DNA of 32,000 nucleotides from Mycoplasma mycoides subsp. capri (GTDB lineage Bacteria; Bacillota_I; Bacilli_A; Mycoplasmatales; Mycoplasmataceae): NCBI RefSeq assembly GCF_018389705.1, contig NZ_CP065581.1, positions 390,001 to 422,000 of the forward strand, read 5' to 3'. Shown piece by piece: positions 11,933 to 21,334 of this stretch (position 1 is its first letter; each line of letters starts with the position of its first letter). The notes under the pieces were generated by a model. It saw only the letters and a program-made list of their open reading frames with translations, ran no database searches and was not told where the DNA came from. The position numbers and the translations under genes were made by a program.

Positions 11933-13311
11933 TGAACGGGAAAATATTAAGTATATCTGGTGATGTAATTGAAGTACAATTTGAAAAAAGCAATTTACCT
12001 TCAATTAATCACTTATTAACAACTCATGATAATCAAACATATTTATTAGTAAAAAGTGTTATTAATGAAACTAACATTAAAGCAATCATCATTTATGCAT
12101 ATAAACAGATTTCACTAAGCGATGAAATCATAAATACTAATAAAAGTTTTATGGTTCCAGTAGGAAGTAAAGCAAAAAACAACATTTTTAGTTTTACTGG
12201 AATTTCACTAAACAATAAAAAAGATGATAAACAAGAATATGTTGAAATGAATTCAACTATTAATAATAAAAGAGAATTAAGCACTGAATTTGAACTAATT
12301 GAAACAGGTATTAAAGCTATTGACTTTTTTATTCCAATTTTTAAAGGATTTAAATTAGGAATTTTTGGTGGAGCTGGTGTTGGTAAAACAGTTTTAATGA
12401 AAGAAATTATTTTTAATGTTAATAATAAATATAAAAACACTTCAAATATTTTTATTGGATCAGGTGAACGTTCAAGAGAAGGTATTGAACTTTATGATGA
12501 ACTAACTGAATCTAATTTAATGAAAAACTCAACTATGTTTGTTTCTAAAATGAACGAATCTCCAGGAGCACGTATGTCAATTGTTCCAATTGGAGTTACT
12601 GCTGCTGAATATTTAAGAGATGTTAAAAAAGAAGATGTTTTATTATTTATTGATAATATTTATCGTTTTATTCAAGCAGAAAATGAAGTAAGTGCTACAC
12701 TTGGTAAAAAGCCTTCAGTTGGTGGGTATCAATCTACATTAGAAAGTGATGTTGCAAATATTCAAGATCGTTTATTTAAAAATAAAAATGGAGCGATTAC
12801 TTCATTTCAAACTGTGTTTTTACCAATGGATGATTTAAGTGATCCATCAGCTGTAGCTGTATTTAATCACTTAGATTCAAATCTAGTTTTATCAAGAGAT
12901 CAAGCTGCAAAAAATATTCTTCCAGCTTTTGATCCACTAGCAAGTTCATCTAGTTCAGTTGATGAAACTTTAATTGGTAAAAAACACTTTAATGCAATTA
13001 TTGAAGTTAAAAGAATTTTAAAAGCTTATAAAGATTTAGAAGATGTAATTTTAATTTTAGGATTTGATGAATTAGATGCTGAAAGTAAAATCTTAGTTAA
13101 AAAAGCTTTACAATTAGAAAACTTCTTTACTCAATATTTCTTTATGACTGAACAATTTACAAAACAAAAAGGTCAATATGTACCTTTAAATGAAACAATT
13201 GATAGTGTTATTAGAATTATTGAAGGTAAATATATTAAACAATCTCCTGAAATCTTTTCATATATCGGTTCAGCTTTAGATTTAAAAACTGATGAAGAAT
13301 TAGGATTATAA
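11932..13311 (+). CDS. F1-like ATPase beta-like subunit (459 aa)
   Basis: This is an intact track ORF, and its ATG overlaps the upstream stop (TAATG). It carries Walker A GGAGVGKT and the catalytic-Glu motif GSGERSREG. It also has DVLLFIDNIYRFIQAENEVSATLGKKPSVGGYQSTL, ITSFQTVFLPMDDLSDPSAV and a DELSEED-region variant DELDAES. These are all canonical beta-subunit signatures. Confidence 0.92.
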   Translation: MNGKILSISGDVIEVQFEKSNLPSINHLLTTHDNQTYLLVKSVINETNIKAIIIYAYKQISLSDEIINTNKSFMVPVGSKAKNNIFSFTGISLNNKKDDKQEYVEMNSTINNKRELSTEFELIETGIKAIDFFIPIFKGFKLGIFGGAGVGKTVLMKEIIFNVNNKYKNTSNIFIGSGERSREGIELYDELTESNLMKNSTMFVSKMNESPGARMSIVPIGVTAAEYLRDVKKEDVLLFIDNIYRFIQAENEVSATLGKKPSVGGYQSTLESDVANIQDRLFKNKNGAITSFQTVFLPMDDLSDPSAVAVFNHLDSNLVLSRDQAAKNILPAFDPLASSSSSVDETLIGKKHFNAIIEVKRILKAYKDLEDVILILGFDELDAESKILVKKALQLENFFTQYFFMTEQFTKQKGQYVPLNETIDSVIRIIEGKYIKQSPEIFSYIGSALDLKTDEELGL

Positions 13312-13322
13312 TTTTAGATAAT

Positions 13323-13351
13323 AAAAGCAAGACTTTAAGTCTTGCTTTTTT
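13323..13351. terminator. Bidirectional rho-independent terminator between the convergent ATPase operon and lipoprotein gene A
   Basis: A perfect 11-bp stem pairs AAAAGCAAGAC (13323-13333) with GTCTTGCTTTT (13339-13349), with loop TTTAA. The A-run and T-run flanks give a U-tract on either strand. It lies 12 nt after the beta-like stop and 16 nt after the lipoprotein A stop. Confidence 0.8.
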
Positions 13352-13366
13352 ACTAACTAATTTTTA

Positions 13367-15901
13367 TTATTCTTTTGTAATTTTTGTAAATTTAAATTTG
13401 TCTTGTTTATCTCTTAAATAACTAAATGAATAAGTTGATTCACTACTATCTTTTTTATTTTTAACTTTAGCTATTAAAGTTTCACTTAATAATTGTTCAA
13501 ATTTATTTTTCTTTTGATCTTTAAATTCAAAATTAATTTCAACACTAGATTGATCAATTGTACTTTCATTTAATGAACTATTTAATGAAGTTATAAGTTT
13601 AGATAATTGATTAATAGCATTTTCAGATTTATTATCTTTTTTACTTAGATCAATATTAAATACTTTATTTAATAAAGTATCTAGTAATGAACTTTTACCA
13701 ATTGGTTCTTTACTATCTGAAGTTCAACCTAAAATTTCTAAAGTTTTATCAGAATTTGATTTTAGAATATCTAATAAATGAGTTTTGTCTTTATAATCAA
13801 CATCTTTTGCTTTATATTCGTATTTATCAATTACTTTAGCAACATCAGTTAAACCAGTTAAACTAATATTTGAACTTTGTAGTTCATTTAATTTTTCATT
13901 TCCTTTAACATCTAAACTAGTTAACAAAGTGTCTAAAATATCAGCTACAGATTTATTTTGTAAAGGTTTAACAAATGATTTATCTTTTCATCAAGATTCA
14001 TTCATTTTATTTAAAGGAGTAGTTAGTAAACCTTTTAAGTTAAATTCTTTAGCATTTTTAAATATTTTGTCATATCCATTTTCTAAACCACTTAAAAGAT
14101 TTCTAATTATTCCAAAAGGAACATCTTTAGCACTGAATGGTAAATTTTGTGCTATTTTTTTTATTTCTTCAATTTTTTTAATAGTTGTAGTTCTGAATTG
14201 TTTAAACATTTCATTTATTTTATTTGGTAAAAATACTTCACCAGAATATAGCTGTTTAAATGAGTTTTTATCATTTTTATTTTCTGCTGTTATTGGAAAT
14301 GCAATTGGTAACACTTCTTTTACTAAGCCTTCAAAAACAAATGCTGGGATCACAGGTAAAAGACTAGCATCTACTTCTTTTAAAATGCCTAGATTAGTTT
14401 TTAAAGAAGTTAAAACAACAGGAAGTACCTTAATAAATAATGTAGATAAACAATCATATACATTGTGTGTTCCTGTTAATAAACTAGTTAAAGTATATGA
14501 TATTCATTTATATAAGTGTGGCAATAAATCATTGATAGTTTTTTTAAGTTGATCTTCTTTAGCATCTTTTGATATTACTGGTAAAAGTGGTGTTATTTTT
14601 TCATTTAAGAAATCATTAGCTAAAGTTATTAGAACAGTAACAATAGGATGAGCACTTTGATTTTCAAAATATTCTTTTACTAATTTCTCATTTTGATTAT
14701 TTCTGTCATCTTCTGGATATTCTACTTTAGTAGTTGATAAGAATAAAATAGCTAATAGTTTTTGCAATTCAAATCCATCTTTACTATCCTTATCTTTTAA
14801 TTCTTTAACAGGTTTTGCAAAGAATGAAAGTATATATTTTAAATTGATTGAAGATGATTTATTTTCTGTGATAGTAGCTATAGTTTTCTCATCATAAGTA
14901 TTTTTAACAAAATCTTGATTTGTTGTTTTTTCACCAAATAAGTTATTAGCAGATTTAGGTGTAAAATCTCTAGCACTTTCAAATAAACTTAGTTTAATTT
15001 GTAAGAATTGTAAAGCCTCTAAAATGTAACCAACAATATCTAATTCGTTACCATTTGATGGTTTAGCAGGACCATTTAATGCTTTAGTTAATGCTAAACT
15101 TGCGTCTTTTAGTGATTTAGAAGCATTTTCAACATCTAGTTTAACAGAAGTATATCTACTTCCAACTAAGCCTAGACCTACAGCATTAACTAATGATGTA
15201 TAAAATGCATTATCTAAATCTTCAGCTTTTAATTCTTTATAGTTTTTATTAACATCAATTTTTTCTTGGAATTTTTGAACATCTTTTACAAATTCAGAAC
15301 TTGGATTAGTTAATTTTTCTAATCCAGTTTTTAAATGAGGTTTAACTTTTTCAAAAAATGATTTTAAAGTAGTATTAGCTGAATCAAAACTACTTACTAA
15401 AAACATTGGATTTAAACTAGTAGTTAGATCTAATATTTTTAAGATATCATCACTTAATTTATCTAAATCAGTTGTATCTACTCCAAATAGTTTAAACACT
15501 TCATTAAATAATGGAATTGAAGGTTTTTTAATTTGATTATCTAATTTAATTTTTGAATCTAATACATTTTTATATGAATCTTTTATAAAGTAATGATCAA
15601 CAAGAGTATTTAATGTTGTTATATTACCGATATCTTTATCAGTATCTTCTAGTTTTAAATTATTTTCTTTTAATAAATTAGTTAGTGATTTTTTATTATT
15701 TTCAATTTTAATTTCTTTTAAGTTAACTTTTAGTTGATCTGCTAAAATAAGTTCTTTAGCAAATAAACTAATAGAAGTTTGAGTATTTGTTATCGAATTA
15801 TTAGTGTCAAATTTTTTTTCTTTAACATGGCAGGCAATTATTGGTAAACTAGCAGTTGTTATCATCATCATTGATGATAAAATTGCAATTAATTTCTTCA
15901 T
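13367..15901 (-). CDS. Paralogous surface lipoprotein, copy A (844 aa)
   Basis: This joins track ORFs 14504-15922, 13991-14353 and 13724-13927 (same phase) through TGA=Trp at 14504, 13991, 13988 and 13724. I checked all gaps for TAA/TAG. The stop is TAA at 13367-13369. The start is taken at ATG 15901, 5 nt after GGAG (15907-15910 on the - strand), which gives MKKLIAILSSMMMITTASLPIIAC (lipobox IIAC). Confidence 0.85.
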
Positions 15902-16043
15902 AATTTCTCCTATGTAAAACAATTTAAAAAATGTTTTACATTAAGATATTGCCAATAAAAGTAGTCTAAAAGTAGAAAATAACATAAATATAAGAAAACT
16001 ACAATAGTTTTTAGAAAATATGAATTAATTTTTACAAAATAAA
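15831..16043. repeat. Duplicated signal-peptide / 5'UTR / promoter cassette of lipoprotein copy A (partner at 18573-18786)
   Basis: 15831-15923 is 93/93 identical to 18573-18665; it covers the first ~24 codons, the RBS and the proximal 5'UTR. Upstream of that, near-identity continues for roughly 120 nt further (..ACATTAAGATATTGCCAATAAAAGTAGTCTAAAAGTAG.AAATAACATAAATATAA..) with scattered substitutions and small indels. Confidence 0.85.
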
Positions 16044-16106
16044 TTATCTTTTTAATAAAAGTAGTTATTTTTTGATATAAAGCGTTTTATAAAAAATTCT
16101 TTTAAA

Positions 16107-16142
16107 TAAAAAAACAAGATCTTAAATAATTTAAGATCTTGT
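16107..16142 (-). terminator. Rho-independent terminator of lipoprotein copy B
   Basis: This is a perfect palindrome: ACAAGATCTTAAAT (16114-16127) pairs with ATTTAAGATCTTGT (16129-16142). On the - strand it is followed by a T7 run (A7 at 16107-16113). It lies 12 nt downstream of the stop at 16154. Confidence 0.75.
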
Positions 16143-16153
16143 AGGTTAATTAA

Positions 16154-18643
16154 TTAGTTTTTTGTAATTTTTACAAATTTAAATTTATCTTGTTTATCTC
16201 TAGAATAAGTAAAGGAATATTTAGATTCAGAATTATTATTTTTATTTTTAACACTAGCTATTAAAGTTTCACTTAATAATTGGTCTGAACTATTTTTCTT
16301 AGTATCTTTAAATTCAAATATGATTTCTATATTACTATCAAATAAAGTATCTAATGAACTATTTGCTGATGCAATAATCTTAGCTAATTGATTAATTGCA
16401 TTTTCTGATTTATCACTATTTTGATTTGTTTTAAAATTAAATACTTTAGATAAAAACACATCAATTAATGAACCTTTACCAATTGGATTCTTACTATCTG
16501 AAGTTCAACCTAAAATTTCTAATGTTTTATCTGGATTAGCTTTTAAGATATCAGCTAATTGAGTTTTATTTTGATAATCAACTCCATTTGCTTTATAAGT
16601 GTAATTATCAATTAAAGTAGTAATATCAGTTAAATTAGTTAAGTTAATATTTGAACTAGATAAATCAGCTAATTTTTCATTACCCTGAATATTTAAAGAT
16701 TTTAATAAAGTGTCTAAAATATCAGCAACAGATTTATTTTGTAATGGCTTAGCAATATTTCTTTCTTTTCAACTATCAGAATCTATTTTATTAAGTGGGG
16801 TAGTTAATAAAGTTTTTAAATTTAAATGTTTAACATTTTTAAATATTTGATCATATATACTTTTAAATAAGTCTAAATAAGGTTTAGCTTGATCAAATGG
16901 GATTTGTTTTGGATCAACTCCAAGACTAGATAATTTTTCTTTAATTTCTTTTTTTACTGCTTCAAAGAACTCATCTAATTTATCAATTAAAAATACATTC
17001 CCACCATATAAAACTTTGAATGAATTTTTATTTTCGTCTTTTTCGTTAGTAATTATTGGAAATGCAATTGATAAAGTTGGAGCAAGTACAAGTGCAAATA
17101 AAAGTGCAGGTGCTGATGGAATTAAATCTTCTTTTTCTTTAACTTTGTCTTTTAATATAGTAGTATTTTTAATTAAAGAACTTAAAATAGGTGACATTGT
17201 TTTAGTAAACAATATACCTAAAGTGTCATAAGCATTTTTAGCACCAGTTAGTAAGTTGTTTGAAGCAAATGAGATTCATTTGTATAAATGAGGAATAGAC
17301 TCATTCATAAATTTCTTAATACCTTCTTTTTCATTAGGAATTAAAGCTTCAAGTTTCTTTTCTATAAGATCCTTAGCCATTATTGTTAATAAAGTAATTG
17401 AAGGATGAGCCTTTTTATTTTCATAATACTGTTTTGAATCATCTGTATCTCCTCTATCTGGATATTCATTTTTAGCAGTTGATAAGAATAGCATTGCTAA
17501 AAGCTTTTGTAGTTCATATCCATCAAGTTGTTTTTCATCTTTTAATTCTTCAACAGCTTTTTTAAAGAATGAAAGTAAGTATTTTAGATTAATTGATGAT
17601 GATTTCTTTTCTGTTATATTTGCTATAGTTTTATCTTTATAAAGTTCAGTTAGGAATTCTTGATTTGTTTTTTTATCATCAAATAAATTATTAGCTGAAC
17701 TAGGAGTATGAGTTTTAACATTTTCAAATAAGCTTAATTTTAGTTGTAAAAATTGAAGAGCTTGTAAAGTGTATAAAACAATATCTCATTCTTTATTTTG
17801 AGTAGGTTTAGCTGGTGAATCAGTTATTTTAGCTAACATTTCACCTGATTTTTGTAAAGTCTCATTTGTATTTTGAGTATTAATTTCAACAGTTTTGAAA
17901 TCTTTTGTTCCTATTCCTAAACCTATTGCATTAATTAAACTTGTATAAAAAGCAATGTCTAAATCTTCAACTTTTAGATTTTTGTATTTTTCATTAACAT
18001 TAAGTTTTTCTTGAAATTCTTTAACATTTTTTGTTATACCCTCTTTTTGAGCAGTAATTGAATCAAATAATGTTTTTAAACTTGGTTTTAAGTTTTTAAA
18101 AAATGATTGTAAAGTAGTATTACTTTTATCAAAGTTTGAAGAAATAAACATTGGATTTAGATTAACTAATAAAGTTAAAATATTTGTAATATCATCGCTA
18201 AATTTATCTAAATCAGTTGTACCTAATCCAAATAATTTAAAAATTTCACTAAATAAAGGATTTGATAATTTCTTTTGTGAATCTAATTTAATATTTGAAT
18301 CTAATACATTTTTATATGAATCTTTTTCAAAATATTGGCTGATAAGTTCGTTTGATGAACTAATATTTTTAATACTTGGATCAGTATTATCTAATTTTAA
18401 ATTATATTCATCTAATAAAAGAGCTAAGTCTTTTTGGTTATTTCTATTTTTAAGTTCTTGTAAGTTAACTTGTAATTGATCTGCTAAAATAAGTTCTTTA
18501 GCAAATAAACTAGCAGTTGAGTGGGTATTTGTTATTGAATTATTATTTTCAAATTTATTTTGTTTAGTATGACAGGCAATTATTGGTAAACTAGCAGTTG
18601 TTATCATCATCATTGATGATAAAATTGCAATTAATTTCTTCAT
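16154..18643 (-). CDS. Paralogous surface lipoprotein, copy B (829 aa)
   Basis: This joins track ORFs 17786-18664, 17276-17494, 16769-17212 and 16154-16459 (same phase) through TGA=Trp at 17786, 17276, 16769 and 16502. I hand-checked the gaps 17495-17785, 17213-17275 and 16460-16768. The stop is TAA 16154-16156. The start ATG 18643 gives a signal peptide identical to copy A. Confidence 0.85.
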
Positions 18644-18786
18644 AATTTCTCCTATGTAAAACAATATAAAAACTTGTTCTACATTAAGATATTGCCAATA
18701 AAAGTAGTCTAAAAGTAGGAAATAACATAAATATAAAAAAACTACAATAGATTTTAATAAAAAATGAACTATATTTTACAAAATAA
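18573..18786. repeat. Duplicated signal-peptide / 5'UTR / promoter cassette of lipoprotein copy B (partner at 15831-16043)
   Basis: See the partner feature. It has a 93-nt perfect identity block followed by ~120 nt of near-identity. Confidence 0.85.
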
Positions 18787-18816
18787 AAACAAGACCTTAA
18801 ATATTTAAGATCTTGT
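18785..18816 (-). terminator. Rho-independent terminator of lipoprotein copy C
   Basis: A palindrome pairs ACAAGACCTTAAAT (18789-18802) with ATTTAAGATCTTGT (18803-18816), with one mismatch. It is followed on the - strand by a T-run (A5 18785-18789). It lies 22 nt downstream of stop TAG 18839-18841. Confidence 0.7.
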
Positions 18817-18838
18817 CAAATGCTAATAATTTTATTAA

Positions 18839-21334
18839 CTAATTTTTTGTGATTTTAATAAATTTAAACTTATCATCTTTGTTAGTTCTAGAATAATCAA
18901 ACACATATTTAGTTGTAATCTTGTCTTTATTATTTATAAATTTAGCTTCTAGTTGTTGAGAAACTAATTGGTTAAATTTATTTTTCTTATCATCTAAAAA
19001 TGTATAAGTAATATTAAACTTTTTGTCATTAAATTCAGTGTTTAGTGAATTATTAACAGATAATAAGAATTTTGATAATAAATTAATAGTGTTTTGTGAA
19101 CTATTATTTTTATCATTTAAGTTAATATTTAAAGTTTTAGAAAATATTATATCTAATAATGAGTCTTTAGCTATCAGATTATTTTTATCTGATGTTCAAC
19201 CAATGATTTGTAAAACTTTATCTGGATTAGATTTTAAAATATCAATTAAACTAGAGTTAGTTTTATATTCAATACCACTTGGTTTATAGTCATATTTTTG
19301 AATTTTTAAAATTATGTCAGTTAAACTAGTTAAATTAATATTTAAACTTTGCAAATCATCTAATTTTTCATCTCCTTTAATATCTAAATCTTTTAATAAT
19401 TTATCTAAATTATCAGCAATAGATTTATTTTGATATTCTTTTGCAAATGTTTTATCTTTTCATCAAGATTCATTCATTTTATTTAAAGGAGTATTTAATA
19501 AAGTTTTTAGATTAAATTGCTGAACGTTTTTAAAAATATCTTCATAGTTATTTTTAAAACTATCAAAGTAATGTTGGATTAAAGAAAATGGAATATCAGT
19601 AGATTTTATAGGTATAAAACTACCAAATGATTTTAAAAGATGTTCAACTTTTTGTTTAAAGGTTTTAAACATTTCATCAGTCTTATTAACTAAAAAAATA
19701 TTTCCACTATAAAGTTCTTTAAATGAATTTTTATCACTTGATTTCTTTGTAATAGGAAAACCCACATTTAAAGTTGGTGCTATTATTTGTTCAAATAACA
19801 CAGGAAAAGCAAGGTCTTTAAAAGTTATTATTTCTTTACTTAAAAGTTTTGTTTCATCTTGAATTATTACAACTATAGAAGGTAGAACCTTAACAAATAA
19901 TGCACTTAAAGTTTCATATATGTTAGCTGATCCAGTTAATAAATTAGTTGTTGCATAAGATAATCATTTATAAAAATATGGAATAGAACGCTCAACTAGT
20001 TTTTCAACATTTTCTTTTTTAACATTAACTAATAAAGGACTAAGTTTTTTAATTAAAAAATCTTTTATTAAAACAGATAAAAGATAAATTGAAGGATGAG
20101 CTTGTTGTTTTTCATAATAATCTTTAGGATCATTAATAGTTGATGTTGTATTATAGTCAACTTTATTTTCTGATAAAAACAGCATTGCTAGTAATTTTTG
20201 TAATTCATATCCATTTTTATTATTAGGATCTTTTAATTCTTCAACTGGTTTTTTAAAAAATGATAATAAGTATTTTAGATTAATAGATGAAGGTTTATTT
20301 TTTGTAATATCACTAATTTTTTTAGAACTATAAGCATCTTTTATAAAGTCTTGGTTTGACTTAGTATCACTAAATAAATGCTCAGCAGATTTAATTTGAT
20401 AATTTTTAGTACCATCAAATAAACTTAGTTTTAGTTGTAAAAATTGTAGAGCTTGTAAAATAAAAGCTACAATTTCTCATTCTTTATTTTGTTTTATTTC
20501 TTTTTTATTGCTAATTACACTAGCTAGATTTTCACTAGCTTGTTTTAAAGAGTTATTAGTATTTTTAATATCTAGTTCAACTATTTTATAAGTTGTAGAA
20601 TTTAATCCTAAACCTATAGCATTAATTAAACTAATATAAAAAGCTTTATCAAGATCTTCTAGTTTAAGATCTTTATATTTGTTATTAACATCAATCTTTT
20701 CTTTAAAGTTATTAATGTTATCAATTAAATTTTTATCTAAATTAGATAGTGATTCTAATCAAGTTTTTAAACTTGGTTTAAGTTTTTCAAACATTTCTTT
20801 TAATAAAGAATCTATATTTGAAAAATGATTAAACATAAAACTCGGATTTAATTTAGAAGTTAATTCTAAAATTTTAATAAGATCATCACTTGTTTTTTTA
20901 GTATCACTTATATCTAAATTTAATAATTTAAAAACTTCATCTAATACAAAATTATTTAAACTTTTATTAGAGTCAAGTTTTATGTTTTTATCTAGAACAT
21001 TTTTATATGAATTTTGATCAAAATATTTATTTATAAATTGATTAGTTGATTTTAATGAATCTAAACTTAGTTCATCTTTATCAAGAACTAAATTATTTTG
21101 ATTAGTTAATAGTTCTAGATTTTTATTTTCATTCAAGTTTTTAATTTCTTGAAAATTTAGTTGTAGTTGATCTGCTAAAATGAAATCTTTAGCAAATAAA
21201 CTAATTGCAGTTTTTGTATTTGTTAATGAGTTGTTAGTTTCAAATTTATATTCTTTTTTATGACAAGCAATTACTGGTAAACTAGCTGTACTTATCATCA
21301 TAACTGATGATAAGATTGCAATTAATTTCTTCAT
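18839..21334 (-). CDS. Paralogous surface lipoprotein, copy C (831 aa)
   Basis: This joins track ORFs 20759-21418, 19964-20185 and 19463-19801 with unlisted Met-free stretches. I hand-checked 18842-19462, 19802-19963 and 20186-20758 and found only TGA interruptions. The stop is TAG 18839-18841. The start is ATG 21334 after GGAGG, giving MKKLIAILSSVMMISTASLPVIAC. The C-terminus ..DDKFKFIKITKN is parallel to A (..DKFKFTKITKE) and B (..DKFKFVKITKN). Confidence 0.85.

Noticed and set aside
8539-12440. Minus-strand ORFs 8539-8796, 10149-10418, 11533-11760 and 12093-12440 lie inside the ATPase cluster.
   Set aside because: They are antisense shadows of strongly supported + strand genes, including the alpha-like and beta-like genes with canonical motifs. 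They have hydrophobic low-complexity translations and no RBS.
13929-14552. A long + strand ORF (207 aa), plus 17016-17231 and 19023-19289, lies inside the lipoprotein array.
   Set aside because: These ORFs lie antisense to well-supported lipoprotein genes. They have no RBS and their composition is low-complexity and Phe/Leu/Ile/Ser-rich, which is typical of the reverse complement of K/N/E/L-rich AT-rich coding sequence. They are shadow ORFs.
15902-15922. The ORF track gives upstream-extended starts for the lipoprotein genes: MFYIGEI- for A and B, and a 28-aa MHFFKICYK.. extension to 21418 for C.
   Set aside because: The extensions start at TTG or other alternative codons and run through the GGAG RBS. 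The internal ATG (15901, 18643, 21334) sits 5 nt after the RBS and yields a canonical lipoprotein signal peptide.
15923-16153. I inspected the intergenic regions 15923-16153, 18665-18838, 21335-21535 and 23563-23724 for tRNA, small RNA, IS ends or CRISPR-like repeats.
   Set aside because: I saw no cloverleaf-compatible GC-rich stems, no spaced direct repeats and no terminal inverted repeats with a transposase. The content is explained by terminators, duplicated promoter/5'UTR cassettes and the CIRCE/promoter region.
17051-17122. A hydrophobic stretch in lipoprotein B (IPSAPALLFALVLAPTLSIAFPII) looked like a possible internal transmembrane helix.
   Set aside because: The aligned segments in copies A (LLPVIPAFVFEGLVKEVLPIAFPI) and C (LFEQIIAPTLNVGFPI) contain charged residues and are shorter. 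A conserved TM helix is not supported; it is more likely a buried core segment.
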